Source: Pontiella sp. | GTDB lineage: Bacteria; Verrucomicrobiota; Kiritimatiellia; Kiritimatiellales; Pontiellaceae | NCBI GenBank assembly: GCA_050290185.1 | Contig: JBNKHE010000003.1 | Span: 128,001 to 192,000, forward strand | DNA: 64,000 nucleotides | Reading direction: 5' to 3' | Shown: positions 20,908-30,693 of the stretch, one piece after another | Layout of the letters: each line of letters starts with the position of its first letter | How positions within the stretch are numbered: the stretch's first letter is position 1 | Made by a program: the position numbers and the translations under genes | The notes under the pieces: model-generated | Seen by the model: the letters and a program-made list of their open reading frames with translations, nothing else | Told to the model about the DNA's origin: nothing | Databases searched by the model: none

Positions 20908-21546
20908 ATGAACGGGAAATTCATCACGTTCGAAGGTCCCGAAGGTAGCGGAAAGTCCACACAGATTCGCCTGTTGGCAGAAAAACTTGAGGCGAAGGGG
21001 AAACGGGTGAGTTGCACGCGCGAGCCTGGCGGAACCGCCACGGGTGAAGCTATTCGCAATATCCTGCAGTACGATGCGGTCGGGGAATCGTTGGCTGACC
21101 GGACGGAGCTGCTGCTTTTCACGGCCAGCCGCGCACAGCTGATGGACCAGATGATTCTTCCTGCACTGCATCGGGGTGAATGGGTTTTGTGTGACCGGTT
21201 CATAGATTCCACCATGGCCTATCAGGGTTTTGCGCGCGGCATGGATAGGGACACGCTGTATCGCCTCAACGATTTTGCCATCTACGGACGTAAACCGGAT
21301 CTGACCCTGCTGCTGGATCTTCCCGTTGAGCGAGGCTTTGATCGGTTGAAACATCGTTATGCAGATGGCGCAGGCTCTGCCGACCGTTTTGAACGTGAAG
21401 CCCGCGAATTCCACGATCGTGTCCGGGATGGTTACCACCAGCTTGCCGAGCGCGAACCTGAACGTTTCCGCATGGTCGATTCGGACCGTGCCATAGACGT
21501 TGTTTCGAATGAGATTTGGACCATGGTAAAGGATGCATTGCTGTAA
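20908..21546 (+). CDS. tmk: Thymidylate kinase
   Basis: FITFEGPEGSGKST, REPGG and DRFIDSTMAYQG. Confidence 0.95.
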   Translation: MNGKFITFEGPEGSGKSTQIRLLAEKLEAKGKRVSCTREPGGTATGEAIRNILQYDAVGESLADRTELLLFTASRAQLMDQMILPALHRGEWVLCDRFIDSTMAYQGFARGMDRDTLYRLNDFAIYGRKPDLTLLLDLPVERGFDRLKHRYADGAGSADRFEREAREFHDRVRDGYHQLAEREPERFRMVDSDRAIDVVSNEIWTMVKDALL

Positions 21547-22532
21547 TGATGGATCCGACCGACCTGCATGCTGAAGCTTGGGAAGGGATTCGAACAGGAT
21601 TTGAATCGGGACGGCTGGCGCATGCCTACGTGATTGTCGGATCCCCTCGCGGCAATGCATTGCAGTTTGCGGAATCATTTTTAAAGCTCCTTTTTTGCGA
21701 GTGTGCGGACCGGCCTTGCAACGCGTGCGTAGCCTGCCGCCAGATTGAGGAGCACAAGCACTCGGATACACTCTGGTTGGAGCCGCAGAGCAAGGCGCGC
21801 CAAATCAAGGCCGATGATGTTCGGGTTTTGGTGCGCCGGATATCGCAGACCTCGTTTGAGGGGGGGTGGAAAGCCGGTATCATTTTGGCCGCCGATTGTA
21901 TGAATACCCAATCGGCGAACATTCTCTTGAAAACCCTGGAGGAACCTCCGCCAAAAACATTACTTCTGCTGGTGACGGATTCTCCGCAGAGTTTACTTCC
22001 GACCATCGTGTCGCGCTGCCAGCGGATCGTGTTGTCAACGGGAGGCGATGGAGTGTCGGATGCGGATTGGCGCGCACCTTTGATGGAGATTCTCTATGAT
22101 CTCCCTCCAGCTGGCGGCCTTTCGGCATCTCGGTTGGCCAGTCAGATGAAGGGACTGTTTGATGGGGTCAAGACTGGGATATCGGAGGCGGTGCAAGCGG
22201 ATTTGGGGCAGAGCGAAGAAGCCCTTGATGAATCGAAGGTTAAAGACATTCTTGCGGCTCGCACAAACGCCAAACTAAAGGAAGTGCAGTCCGATGTGTT
22301 CCGGGAAATGCTTGATTGGCAAAGGGATGTTCTCATGCTGGTCAGCGGTGTTGACGCACGGCATCTTATTTTTTCCGATGAGGAAGAGGCGCTTTCAACC
22401 CAGGCAAAACTCCATACCCGGAATTCGGCCATGAAGGCGGTTCAGGTTGTGGAAGGAATGGCACAACGATTGGACCGCAACATTCCCGGCTTGCAGATCT
22501 TCGACGAGGCTTTTCGCCGGTTGGTTATTTAG
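21546..22532 (+). CDS. holB: DNA polymerase III subunit delta'
   Basis: RLAHAY, zinc cluster CNACVAC, LLKTLEEPP and TIVSRC. tmk-holB synteny with TAATG overlap. Confidence 0.88.
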   Translation: MMDPTDLHAEAWEGIRTGFESGRLAHAYVIVGSPRGNALQFAESFLKLLFCECADRPCNACVACRQIEEHKHSDTLWLEPQSKARQIKADDVRVLVRRISQTSFEGGWKAGIILAADCMNTQSANILLKTLEEPPPKTLLLLVTDSPQSLLPTIVSRCQRIVLSTGGDGVSDADWRAPLMEILYDLPPAGGLSASRLASQMKGLFDGVKTGISEAVQADLGQSEEALDESKVKDILAARTNAKLKEVQSDVFREMLDWQRDVLMLVSGVDARHLIFSDEEEALSTQAKLHTRNSAMKAVQVVEGMAQRLDRNIPGLQIFDEAFRRLVI

Positions 22533-22979
22533 CTAGTTCGCCAATCGCTGCACGAGAGCTCGTAGAGCAAGGGTGTAGCCGAATCCCTGGAAGCCCATGA
22601 TTTGTCCAATACAGGCAGGAGCCGTCAGGCTTTTGTGGCGGATCTCCTCTCGCTTGTGGGTATTGCTTAAATGGATTTCCACCGCAGGAACTTCGTCGGC
22701 AACGGCTTTGAGCGCATCGCAAACCCCAAGGCTGGTGTGGGTGAGGGCGGCTGGATTGATGATAATGCCATCATACGTTCCCCGAGTTTCGCCAATCCAT
22801 GTGATGAGTTCGGCTTCGGAATTCGATTGACGGAATACAATCTCAATCTTTCCGCTGAGCTGTGCGGCACATACATTCATTTCCGCTTCGATATCGGACA
22901 GTGTTTCCCTTCCGTAAATCTCAGGTTCACGGGTTCCAAGCAGGTTGAGGTTTGGGCCATTCAGCACAAGTATCTTCAT
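22533..22979 (-). CDS. aroQ: Type II 3-dehydroquinate dehydratase
   Basis: LNGPNLNLLGTREPEIYG, INPAALTHTS and EIHLSN. Start ATG 22979. Confidence 0.95.
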   Translation of the reverse strand: MKILVLNGPNLNLLGTREPEIYGRETLSDIEAEMNVCAAQLSGKIEIVFRQSNSEAELITWIGETRGTYDGIIINPAALTHTSLGVCDALKAVADEVPAVEIHLSNTHKREEIRHKSLTAPACIGQIMGFQGFGYTLALRALVQRLAN

Positions 22980-23010
22980 TTCGTTCTCCAAAAGGTTGGG
23001 AAAAGGTAAA

Positions 23011-23628
23011 TCAGTCGTCGTCCGGAAACAAGAATAGATCGGTCTGCACATCAGCGGGGGCAAGACAGGCGGGATCATCGTGGGTCACGGAGTTCACCCG
23101 CCGGGAAACGGGATGCGCCTCGAGTGCTACTGTTTTTTTAGGAATGTGAAAACGCTCAAGCCAATGATGCCAGTCCGCTTGGGTGAATATCAGGGGCATC
23201 CGGTCGTGGATGCCCCGTATGTTTGCATCCGCGGATCGGGTAATGATGACGCATCGATCGTTAAGCCACAGGCCGGCGAAGGCGAAGATGCGTTTTTCGG
23301 CGGTTTCGAAGCAGTAGGGTTGTTTCCCTTTCCACTCATAGAAACCATTGGCAGGAATGAGGCAGCGGTTGTTTGAGAGGAGACGGTTGAACATGGGACG
23401 CTCAGTCAGTGTTTCGGAGCGGGCATTGATGACGGGAGCGTGGGCATGTGGATGGGAAAAGCCCCAGATGGATTCTCCGGCGCAGTCGGGCCGATCCTGC
23501 CGTATGATGGCGACTTTTTGGGTGGGGGCAATATTGTAGCGGCGATGGAATAGTGGCGGGAGTTCAATTTCGCCAAGTTCCTGGAGAACCTCCTCCCGAC
23601 TTTTGGTTTGGGTAAATCGTCCGCACAT
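23011..23628 (-). CDS. SOS response-associated peptidase (SRAP/YedK family, abasic-site processing)
   Basis: MCGRF N-terminus (catalytic Cys2), YNIAP, INARSET, RCLIPANGFYEW and IHDRMP. Confidence 0.92.
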   Translation of the reverse strand: MCGRFTQTKSREEVLQELGEIELPPLFHRRYNIAPTQKVAIIRQDRPDCAGESIWGFSHPHAHAPVINARSETLTERPMFNRLLSNNRCLIPANGFYEWKGKQPYCFETAEKRIFAFAGLWLNDRCVIITRSADANIRGIHDRMPLIFTQADWHHWLERFHIPKKTVALEAHPVSRRVNSVTHDDPACLAPADVQTDLFLFPDDD

Positions 23629-23764
23629 GGATTACAGATTAATCCTGAAAACGCGGGAATCAACTCGAATCGCTTAACTTGCGTAATAAGTTATGCTTAA
23701 AACATATTGTTTATCTAGTATTCTGGGTTAATGTTTGACCATTAATGCGATTTAGGAGGATTGC

Positions 23765-24646
23765 ATGAAACTTGTTCGTTTTGGAGCCAAAGGAAGGGAG
23801 CGTCCTGGTATCTGGTTGGGTGACGGCCGGATTCTGGACGTGCGTGCATTGGCATTCCACATTGAAGACTATGACGAACATTTCTTTGCGATGGACGGAT
23901 TCCGGCTGCTTGAGGCTTTGCTTGCAGATCCCGGTGCCCGGTTTGTTGATGCGGACCGAGTACGTCTCGGTTCACCGATTGCCCGACCGTCCAAGATTAT
24001 CTGTGTCGGAGCAAATTATTCTGATCATGCCAAGGAGTTCGGACATGCCGTTCCAACGGAGCCGATCCTGTTTTCAAAGGCGCCGTCTGCCTTGAACGGG
24101 CCTTTCGACCCGATTGTGTTACCGTTGGAGTCACAGGTGGTGGATAGCGAAGCCGAGCTGGCGGTCGTGATCGGGCGAACGGCCTCGAAGGTGGCGAAGG
24201 CGGATGCTCTGGATTTTGTGGCCGGTTATACCGTCCTGAACGACGTGACCGAACGGGTGGTCCAAAAGACCAATGGCCAATGGTTTCGGGGCAAGGGCTT
24301 TGATACGTTTTGTCCGATGGGGCCTTTTCTTGTAACGCCCGATGAACTGCCGGATATTGGGGATTTGTCCGTTTGGCAACGCTTTAACGGGCAGATACTC
24401 CAGCAGGGAAATACCGCTGATATGATGTTTGATATCCAATTCCTGATTGAGTATGTCTCGCGGGGGATGACGCTGCTTCCGGGGGATGTGATTTCGACCG
24501 GAACTCCCTCTGGAATCGGTTCGGCACGCAAGCCGCAGGTGCTGATGTCGGACGGCGATGAGGTGGAAGTTGGCGTGGATGGCTTAGGTGCACAGTGCTG
24601 CAGGATCGTATCTCAGGAAATTGCAACCGATTCGGGAAATTCATGA
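23765..24646 (+). CDS. Fumarylacetoacetate hydrolase family protein
   Basis: KIICVGANY, EAELAVVIG, NDVTER, KGFDTFCPMGP and GDVISTGTP. AGGAGG RBS. Confidence 0.92.
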   Translation: MKLVRFGAKGRERPGIWLGDGRILDVRALAFHIEDYDEHFFAMDGFRLLEALLADPGARFVDADRVRLGSPIARPSKIICVGANYSDHAKEFGHAVPTEPILFSKAPSALNGPFDPIVLPLESQVVDSEAELAVVIGRTASKVAKADALDFVAGYTVLNDVTERVVQKTNGQWFRGKGFDTFCPMGPFLVTPDELPDIGDLSVWQRFNGQILQQGNTADMMFDIQFLIEYVSRGMTLLPGDVISTGTPSGIGSARKPQVLMSDGDEVEVGVDGLGAQCCRIVSQEIATDSGNS

Positions 24647-25182
24647 TGAGAGCGGTACTTTTAGCGGGAATCGTGGTCGCCGCAACGTGTGACGTTTCTT
24701 CGGCTGCCGGTTTGTTGCGTAATGCCGGGTTTGAATCCCAGGATTTTACGGGATGGGTTACGAGCGGCAAGGGCTGGACCATTGATAAAGACGTGGTAGC
24801 TGAAGGTACCTGTTCCGCGCTGTGCACCGTTGGCAAGGGAGAGAAGGCGGGAACGCGTGCCTGCCTCCAGAAAATCACTGGAATCGAGGCCAACAGGATT
24901 ATTCAGGTCTCACTGGATGTCTCCGGTACCAATGTTGCACGGACCCCGAACTCCAAAGCCTGTCTGGCCATTCTATGTGTGGATGCCGGCGGCAATGTGC
25001 TCAAGGAATACCGGGCCAGCGTCATCAAGCCGACGAATGCTTTCCAGGAACTAAAAATCGATGATGCTATCGTTCTGCCGACTACCGCCCAGGTCTATGT
25101 CATGCTTGTCGTGGAAGTGTACCAAACGGCATCGAATGACGATTGGTGGCGTTTCGACAACGTGAAGATCGATATTCTCTGA
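24643..25182 (+). CDS. Exported protein with carbohydrate-binding-module-like (CBM4/9-like) fold
   Basis: Signal peptide, LLRNAGFE...W N-terminal motif and terminal FDNV motif typical of galactose-binding-like domains. Confidence 0.6.
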   Translation: MMRAVLLAGIVVAATCDVSSAAGLLRNAGFESQDFTGWVTSGKGWTIDKDVVAEGTCSALCTVGKGEKAGTRACLQKITGIEANRIIQVSLDVSGTNVARTPNSKACLAILCVDAGGNVLKEYRASVIKPTNAFQELKIDDAIVLPTTAQVYVMLVVEVYQTASNDDWWRFDNVKIDIL

Positions 25183-25273
25183 GCCAATCCGACAAACGGT
25201 GCTTCCTTGCCTTGGAAAGGATTGATTTATTGCAACTGTCTGCCAAAATCTCCCCGCATTTTTAATTGGAGAA

Positions 25274-26506
25274 ATGATGAAGTTGCCCTTTTCCCTGTTT
25301 TTGGCATTTAAGTATCTGAAGCCCAAACGATCTTTTATTTCGGCGGTTACCGTTATTTCGATGCTAGGCGTCACCATTGGCGTGGCCGTACTGATTGTCG
25401 TGCTGTCCGTTATGACCGGTTTCGACGAGGTGTGGCGCGACAAGATTCTCGGATTTAACGCGCATATAAGCATCGTTCAACAGGGCGGTATTGTTACGAA
25501 ACCTGCAGGAATTCTGCAAAAGGCATCGGAAATAGAGGGGGTTAAAGGGGTTGCTCCCAGTCTGGAAGGGCTGGTTTTGATTCAGACCGACGACCGGGTT
25601 CATACCCCGATATTGCGGGGGGTGGATCCTGCCTATGAATCTTCCGTAAGCCGCGTTCCGGATAGTATGGTTGCCGGCGAGTTTGCGGTGGATGATGACC
25701 AGATTGTGGTCGGCAGCGATTTAGCCAATCGGTTGAACATCTGGGTGGGCGACAAGCTCACCGTCTATTCACCGCAGAGTTTCGTGGCGGAAGACGAAAT
25801 ACGCCTTCCGCTGGAGTTGACCGTATCCGGCATCTTCCATGTCGGCATGTACGAGTACGATGTAGGCTTCGCATTTACATCGCTGGACACCGCACGTACC
25901 CTTTACGATGTGGATCAGGGCGTACATTCTGTGCAGGTTATGCTGGACAACCCGATGATGGCTGCGCCGATCGCGAATCAATTGCGGGAGACGCTGGGAC
26001 CAAGCTTCTATCCGCGCACATGGATGGAGATGAACAGCCAAATATTCGCGGCATTGCATGTTGAAAAAAACATGATGTTTTTCCTGCTGGCGTTCGTTGC
26101 CTTGGTTGCGGCATTCAGCATTACCAATACCTTGATTACGCTTACGGTCCAGAAGACCCGTGAAATCGGCTTGCTCAAGTCACTTGGTTTTGGAAACGGC
26201 GGCATTACGGGCGTCTTTTTCTGGATGGGGCTGGTGCAAGGTGTGGTGGGGAATGTGCTCGGTGTCGGTCTGGCGATGCTGGTACTTAAATACCGCAACG
26301 AACTGCTGCTGTTCATGTCGAGCGAGTTCAATCTGGAGTTGCTGCCGCCGGAACTCTACCAGCTCAGCAAGCTGCCCGCCCATACGGCCGGATCGGATGT
26401 TGCAATTGTGTGTGGCCTGGTGATGTTCTTTTGCACGATCGCCGGCTTTGTTCCTGCCCTGCGCGCGGCGCGCATGGAGCCGGTTGATGCGTTGAGGTAT
26501 GAATGA
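25274..26506 (+). CDS. LolC/LolE-family lipoprotein-release ABC permease
   Basis: ISMLGVTIGVAVLIVVLSVMTGF, LRGVDP, KTREIGLLKSLG and PVDALRYE. Confidence 0.9.
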   Translation: MMKLPFSLFLAFKYLKPKRSFISAVTVISMLGVTIGVAVLIVVLSVMTGFDEVWRDKILGFNAHISIVQQGGIVTKPAGILQKASEIEGVKGVAPSLEGLVLIQTDDRVHTPILRGVDPAYESSVSRVPDSMVAGEFAVDDDQIVVGSDLANRLNIWVGDKLTVYSPQSFVAEDEIRLPLELTVSGIFHVGMYEYDVGFAFTSLDTARTLYDVDQGVHSVQVMLDNPMMAAPIANQLRETLGPSFYPRTWMEMNSQIFAALHVEKNMMFFLLAFVALVAAFSITNTLITLTVQKTREIGLLKSLGFGNGGITGVFFWMGLVQGVVGNVLGVGLAMLVLKYRNELLLFMSSEFNLELLPPELYQLSKLPAHTAGSDVAIVCGLVMFFCTIAGFVPALRAARMEPVDALRYE

Positions 26507-27795
26507 AAAAGTTGCTGTTCATCACCATATTGCTGGCGACTTTTTCCGCCCGGGCATCCTTCGACTGGGATCCCTTCTATGACAGCGTGACGGGCGCGAA
26601 TGGTGCATCCTATGAGGCATGGCGGCCATTCTATTCGACGTCGGTTGACGGCGAGCGGTGGTGCAAGGATTACTTGTGGCCGCTTTACACCCGGAAAGGC
26701 TTCAAGGATGAGCAATACGGCCGCCTTCTTTTTTTTGGATGGTCGCACGATTTTTCTCCAGAAACGGCTCGTCACCGCACGTGGTTGCTGCCCATCTATT
26801 TTCAGGGAACCTCCCGGGACGGAGAAAACTATTTTGCGATTTTTCCAATTGGTGGAACCATTGATGAGTTCCTCGGCCGCGACAAGTTGTGGTTTGCGTT
26901 GTTCCCGCTGTTTGCCCGTTCGAGCATCAACGATGTCCAAACCACGAGTGTCTTGTGGCCGATTGGGTCCAGGACTTCCGGCGAGCAGATCGAACGGTTC
27001 CGGATATGGCCTCTCTACGGTACGAGCGTACTGGCGGGAGAATTCGAAAAGCGGTTTGTTTTGTGGCCCATCTACTCGTCGGTGAAATACACCAATGAGC
27101 GCAATCCGGGCGGGGGATTCATGCTGGTTCCTTTCTATGGGCGCATTGTGACGGAGAAGGCCGTAAACCAGTGGTTCATTCCTCCACTGTTCCGGTATGC
27201 CCATGGCGATGGACAGCGGATTGTATATGCTCCTTGGCCCTTTATCCAGTGGGCGGATGGCGAGGTGTACAAGCGGTATGTGTGGCCGCTTTACGGCGAG
27301 AAGCAGGTTGGCAACCTGAGACGGCGGTTTCTATGTTGGCCCCTGGCCTGGGACACCAGGGTTGAATATGCCAATCACGAAAAAAACCGTCGCCGTTTGC
27401 TCCCTTTTTTCCACTATGAATCAAAAATTATGACCAAGCCAACCGGTCAATTCGAGGCAGGGGATGTGTCCTCAAGATACTGGAAACTATGGCCCTTGAT
27501 GAGTTGGGAACGGAATGGCGACGTCTCCCGTTTTCGGTTGCTGGAGCCCTGGCCGTTGCGCGATACGGCCGGGATTGAACGAAACTGGGCGCCGATTTGG
27601 ACGCTTTACCGCCGGGAGAAAAGTGCGCATGGTGTCAGCCACCATCTGTTGTGGGGGGTGTACCGGCAAACGAGAGGGGATGAGTGCTTGGAATGGTCCT
27701 TGCTGAAAGGCTTGGCAGGATATAAAAGAATTGGAGAGGAACAGGGTTTCCGCCTGTTTTTTTTTCGGTTCGGTAACAAGGAGACGGTGCAATAA
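26503..27795 (+). CDS. Exported hypothetical protein with aromatic 'LWPLY'-type repeats
   Basis: Signal peptide. More than 15 copies of a [LIV]-[WF]-P-[LIF]-[YF] motif spaced about 17-20 aa apart. ATGA overlap with lolC/E. Confidence 0.75.
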   Translation: MKKLLFITILLATFSARASFDWDPFYDSVTGANGASYEAWRPFYSTSVDGERWCKDYLWPLYTRKGFKDEQYGRLLFFGWSHDFSPETARHRTWLLPIYFQGTSRDGENYFAIFPIGGTIDEFLGRDKLWFALFPLFARSSINDVQTTSVLWPIGSRTSGEQIERFRIWPLYGTSVLAGEFEKRFVLWPIYSSVKYTNERNPGGGFMLVPFYGRIVTEKAVNQWFIPPLFRYAHGDGQRIVYAPWPFIQWADGEVYKRYVWPLYGEKQVGNLRRRFLCWPLAWDTRVEYANHEKNRRRLLPFFHYESKIMTKPTGQFEAGDVSSRYWKLWPLMSWERNGDVSRFRLLEPWPLRDTAGIERNWAPIWTLYRREKSAHGVSHHLLWGVYRQTRGDECLEWSLLKGLAGYKRIGEEQGFRLFFFRFGNKETVQ

Positions 27796-27815
27796 GCAAT
27801 TTTGTCATAGATTAC

Positions 27816-28604
27816 ATGCGGCATCCTGTGCGTTCGGCTGAGCGAGTTGGAGGCAAGGTGTTGCAATTATTCCACGACACCGGCCACGCCATGTACATGT
27901 TGATGGAGGCCGTCTTGTTCATACGTTTTGCATTCGGAAGACGCAGTCGCTATGAGACCGCGACACAGATGTATGTTACCGGGATCAAAAGTCTGGCGGT
28001 TATAACCGTCGTGGCCCTTTTTACCGGCATGATTCTCGCACTTCAGACCGGCTTGGAGCTTCGCCGCTACGGGCAGGAAGTTTATATAGGTTCGGCGGTC
28101 GCCGTTTCCGTGATTCGCGAAATGGGCCCCTTCATGACCGGACTCATCATTGCGGCCAGCGTCGGCTCGGCGATTGCCGCCCAGATTGGAACGATGACCG
28201 TATCCGAGGAGGTTGCGGCGCTGGAAGTGATGAGTATAAATCCGAATCGTTTTCTGGTCATGCCTCGTTTGGTGGCGCTGGCCATCATGATGCCCATTCT
28301 CACGGTCTATACCAATATTCTCGCGATTTTTGGTGGTGCGCTGGTCGGCTCCACGCAATTGGGCGTATCGGTGCGGGCCTACATGGACAACGCCACCCAG
28401 TTCGCGGAAAATAAGGATCTCTATGTGGGGCTCTTTAAGGCTTTTCTGTTCGGTATCATTATCGCCACGGTAGCTTGCCATGAGGGTTTCATGACCACCG
28501 AAGGTGCTGTGGGTGTTGGTAGGGCGACTCGTCGTTCTGTCATTATTTCGTTCCTTGTTATTCTGGTAGTTGGCTACATGGTTACGAGGTTGTTCTACTT
28601 ATGA
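27816..28604 (+). CDS. mlaE: MlaE-family ABC permease
   Basis: FTGMILALQ, REMGP, GSAIAAQIGTM, LVMPR and GAVGVGRAT. Confidence 0.9.
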   Translation: MRHPVRSAERVGGKVLQLFHDTGHAMYMLMEAVLFIRFAFGRRSRYETATQMYVTGIKSLAVITVVALFTGMILALQTGLELRRYGQEVYIGSAVAVSVIREMGPFMTGLIIAASVGSAIAAQIGTMTVSEEVAALEVMSINPNRFLVMPRLVALAIMMPILTVYTNILAIFGGALVGSTQLGVSVRAYMDNATQFAENKDLYVGLFKAFLFGIIIATVACHEGFMTTEGAVGVGRATRRSVIISFLVILVVGYMVTRLFYL

Positions 28605-29365
28605 TCCGCTTTGAAAAAATCACCAAGGTGCTGGGCCGTAGGTCCGTGCTCGATAACATCGATTTTGAGATCGAGGAAGGGGAAACCTTTGTCATTGTGG
28701 GGCTGTCGGGGGCGGGAAAGAGCGTGACGCTTAAGCACATGATCCGGTTGATGCGCCCCGATTCCGGTAATATATTTATCGACGGGGAGAACATTGTTGA
28801 TATAGACCGAACTGCTCTTCGGCGCGTACGTGAAAAATTCGGAGTGCTGTTTCAGGGAGCCGCCCTGCTTCAGTGGATGACCGTCCGCGATAATGTTGCT
28901 CTGCCGCTGCGCGAACATACAACGCTGGATGAGAAGGAAATTCTCAGCCAGGTGGATGAAAAATTGGAGATGTTGAATCTCCGGGATGCTGGCAGCAAGT
29001 TTCCCTCCGATATTTCGGGGGGCATGCAAAAACGCGTGGGTTTGGCGCGAGCGATCATCATGAATCCGAAAATCGTTCTTTATGATGAGCCGACGTCCGG
29101 ACTTGATCCCGTCACATCGCGCCGTATCGATGACTTGATCATCGATATGCGCGATCGGCTCGGTATCACGAGCGTAGTGGTGACGCATGATTTGCATAGC
29201 GCCTTGACGATTGGCTCGCGTATCATGATGCTTCATGAAGGTCGCATCGTAGAGAATGCACCGCCGGCGGATTTCATTCGCTCCAAAGATAAAACCGTGA
29301 GGAGTTTTCTTGAGTCGCAATACATTACAAAAAAAGGCAAATGGGAAGAGTTGATCCATGGATAA
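28601..29365 (+). CDS. mlaF: MlaF-family ABC ATPase
   Basis: GLSGAGKS, FQGAAL, ISGGMQKRVGLARA, YDEPTSGLDP and VTHD. Confidence 0.9.
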   Translation: MIRFEKITKVLGRRSVLDNIDFEIEEGETFVIVGLSGAGKSVTLKHMIRLMRPDSGNIFIDGENIVDIDRTALRRVREKFGVLFQGAALLQWMTVRDNVALPLREHTTLDEKEILSQVDEKLEMLNLRDAGSKFPSDISGGMQKRVGLARAIIMNPKIVLYDEPTSGLDPVTSRRIDDLIIDMRDRLGITSVVVTHDLHSALTIGSRIMMLHEGRIVENAPPADFIRSKDKTVRSFLESQYITKKGKWEELIHG

Positions 29366-30287
29366 ATACAGACGCGAAATCTCCATTGAAATCCTGGTTG
29401 GCCTGTTCATGTTCACTGTGCTGATCTCCCTGGGCGTTTTTACAATCGTACTCAGCCGTGATAGCTTCTGGAAGAAGTCCTATCCATATGAATTTGTGTT
29501 CAGCGAGGTCAGTGGACTGCGCGAGGGCGACAACGTCTATTTGCGTGGTATGAATATCGGACGCGTGAAACAGACCACGCTAGAGGACAGCCAGGTCCAT
29601 GTATATGTCACGCTGGATGTTCCCATTGAATTACGAAGAGGCTACAGCATCGAAGTTGTCAATGCATCGATGCTGGGCGGGAAATACCTTAAAATCTTTG
29701 AAGGACCTGAATCGGCGGACGTGCTGGGGGATCATGTGACTATTCTGGGTTCTCCCCCGGTGGATGTCATCGAGGAACTCAGTGCCGCGGTCAAGGGGAT
29801 CCAGTCGCTTATTGATTCGGTGAATCAAGGGCAGGGCACCTTGGGCAAGCTTTTGAACGACGATACCATTTATGACAACCTCGTTTCGGTCAGCGAGAAC
29901 CTGAAGCGATTGGGCGACCGGATTGAAAAAGGGGAGGGAACCGTCGGCAAGCTCTTTAAAGAGGATGACGTATATAACGATGTACAGACGATGATGTCCA
30001 ACTTTCGGGAAATCAGTGACCGCCTCGTTTCAGGGGAAGGTACGCTGGGTAAGCTGGTGTCCAGCGATTCGGGTATCTACAACGATGTTGGTGCGACCAT
30101 GCAATCGATCCGGAGCATCGCTGAAAAAGTTAATGACGGCGAGGGTACGCTGGGGAAACTGGTGCGCGACGACAAGCTCTATGATGAAACCGCATTGCTG
30201 GTTGAGGATATGCGGGCCGCTATAGACGATCTTCGGGAAGCATCACCTATCACTTCGTTCAGCAGCGTTGTTTTTGGCGCCTTTTGA
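29358..30287 (+). CDS. mlaD: MlaD/MCE-family protein
   Basis: N-terminal TM, MCE domain (VSGLREGDNV, SMLGGKYL) and a helical tail with four GxGT[LV]GKL repeats. Confidence 0.85.
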   Translation: MDKYRREISIEILVGLFMFTVLISLGVFTIVLSRDSFWKKSYPYEFVFSEVSGLREGDNVYLRGMNIGRVKQTTLEDSQVHVYVTLDVPIELRRGYSIEVVNASMLGGKYLKIFEGPESADVLGDHVTILGSPPVDVIEELSAAVKGIQSLIDSVNQGQGTLGKLLNDDTIYDNLVSVSENLKRLGDRIEKGEGTVGKLFKEDDVYNDVQTMMSNFREISDRLVSGEGTLGKLVSSDSGIYNDVGATMQSIRSIAEKVNDGEGTLGKLVRDDKLYDETALLVEDMRAAIDDLREASPITSFSSVVFGAF

Positions 30288-30693
30288 TACTCTTTTCAAC
30301 ACAATGGTGTTTCCTGTGTCCAAACCATAGATGCGGGATTATTTTAATGGTTTAGCGTTTGTATTGTTGAGTAAGTGATGAATAACAATTGACACTTATG
30401 GTATAGTGTTTTAAATGTGTGTGTTTCCTGTTGGATTATTAGAGGAGCCTATTTTACAAGGTGAATGCGTAGAGCTCAGATATTGAATAAGCTACGGTTC
30501 AAGTATATCGGCGATGTGGAGCGTATTCCCTATAGATTTCATTGAGCGGGCAAGTTCAGTGGGGCAAGAGTGTCTGCTTGAAGATTGATAGCTAGTGTGG
30601 ATGTAGGTAATACTTGATTATGGTCGAGGTTTATTACTTGTTTAAGTTAAGTCCTCTGGCTGGGAAAGAGATCGTTAAAACAAGGGTGATGAT

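Noticed and set aside
30288..30693. AT-rich 400-bp gap as an ncRNA or mobile element
   Set aside because: No terminal repeats, ORF or recognisable RNA motif. It is most simply a promoter region.
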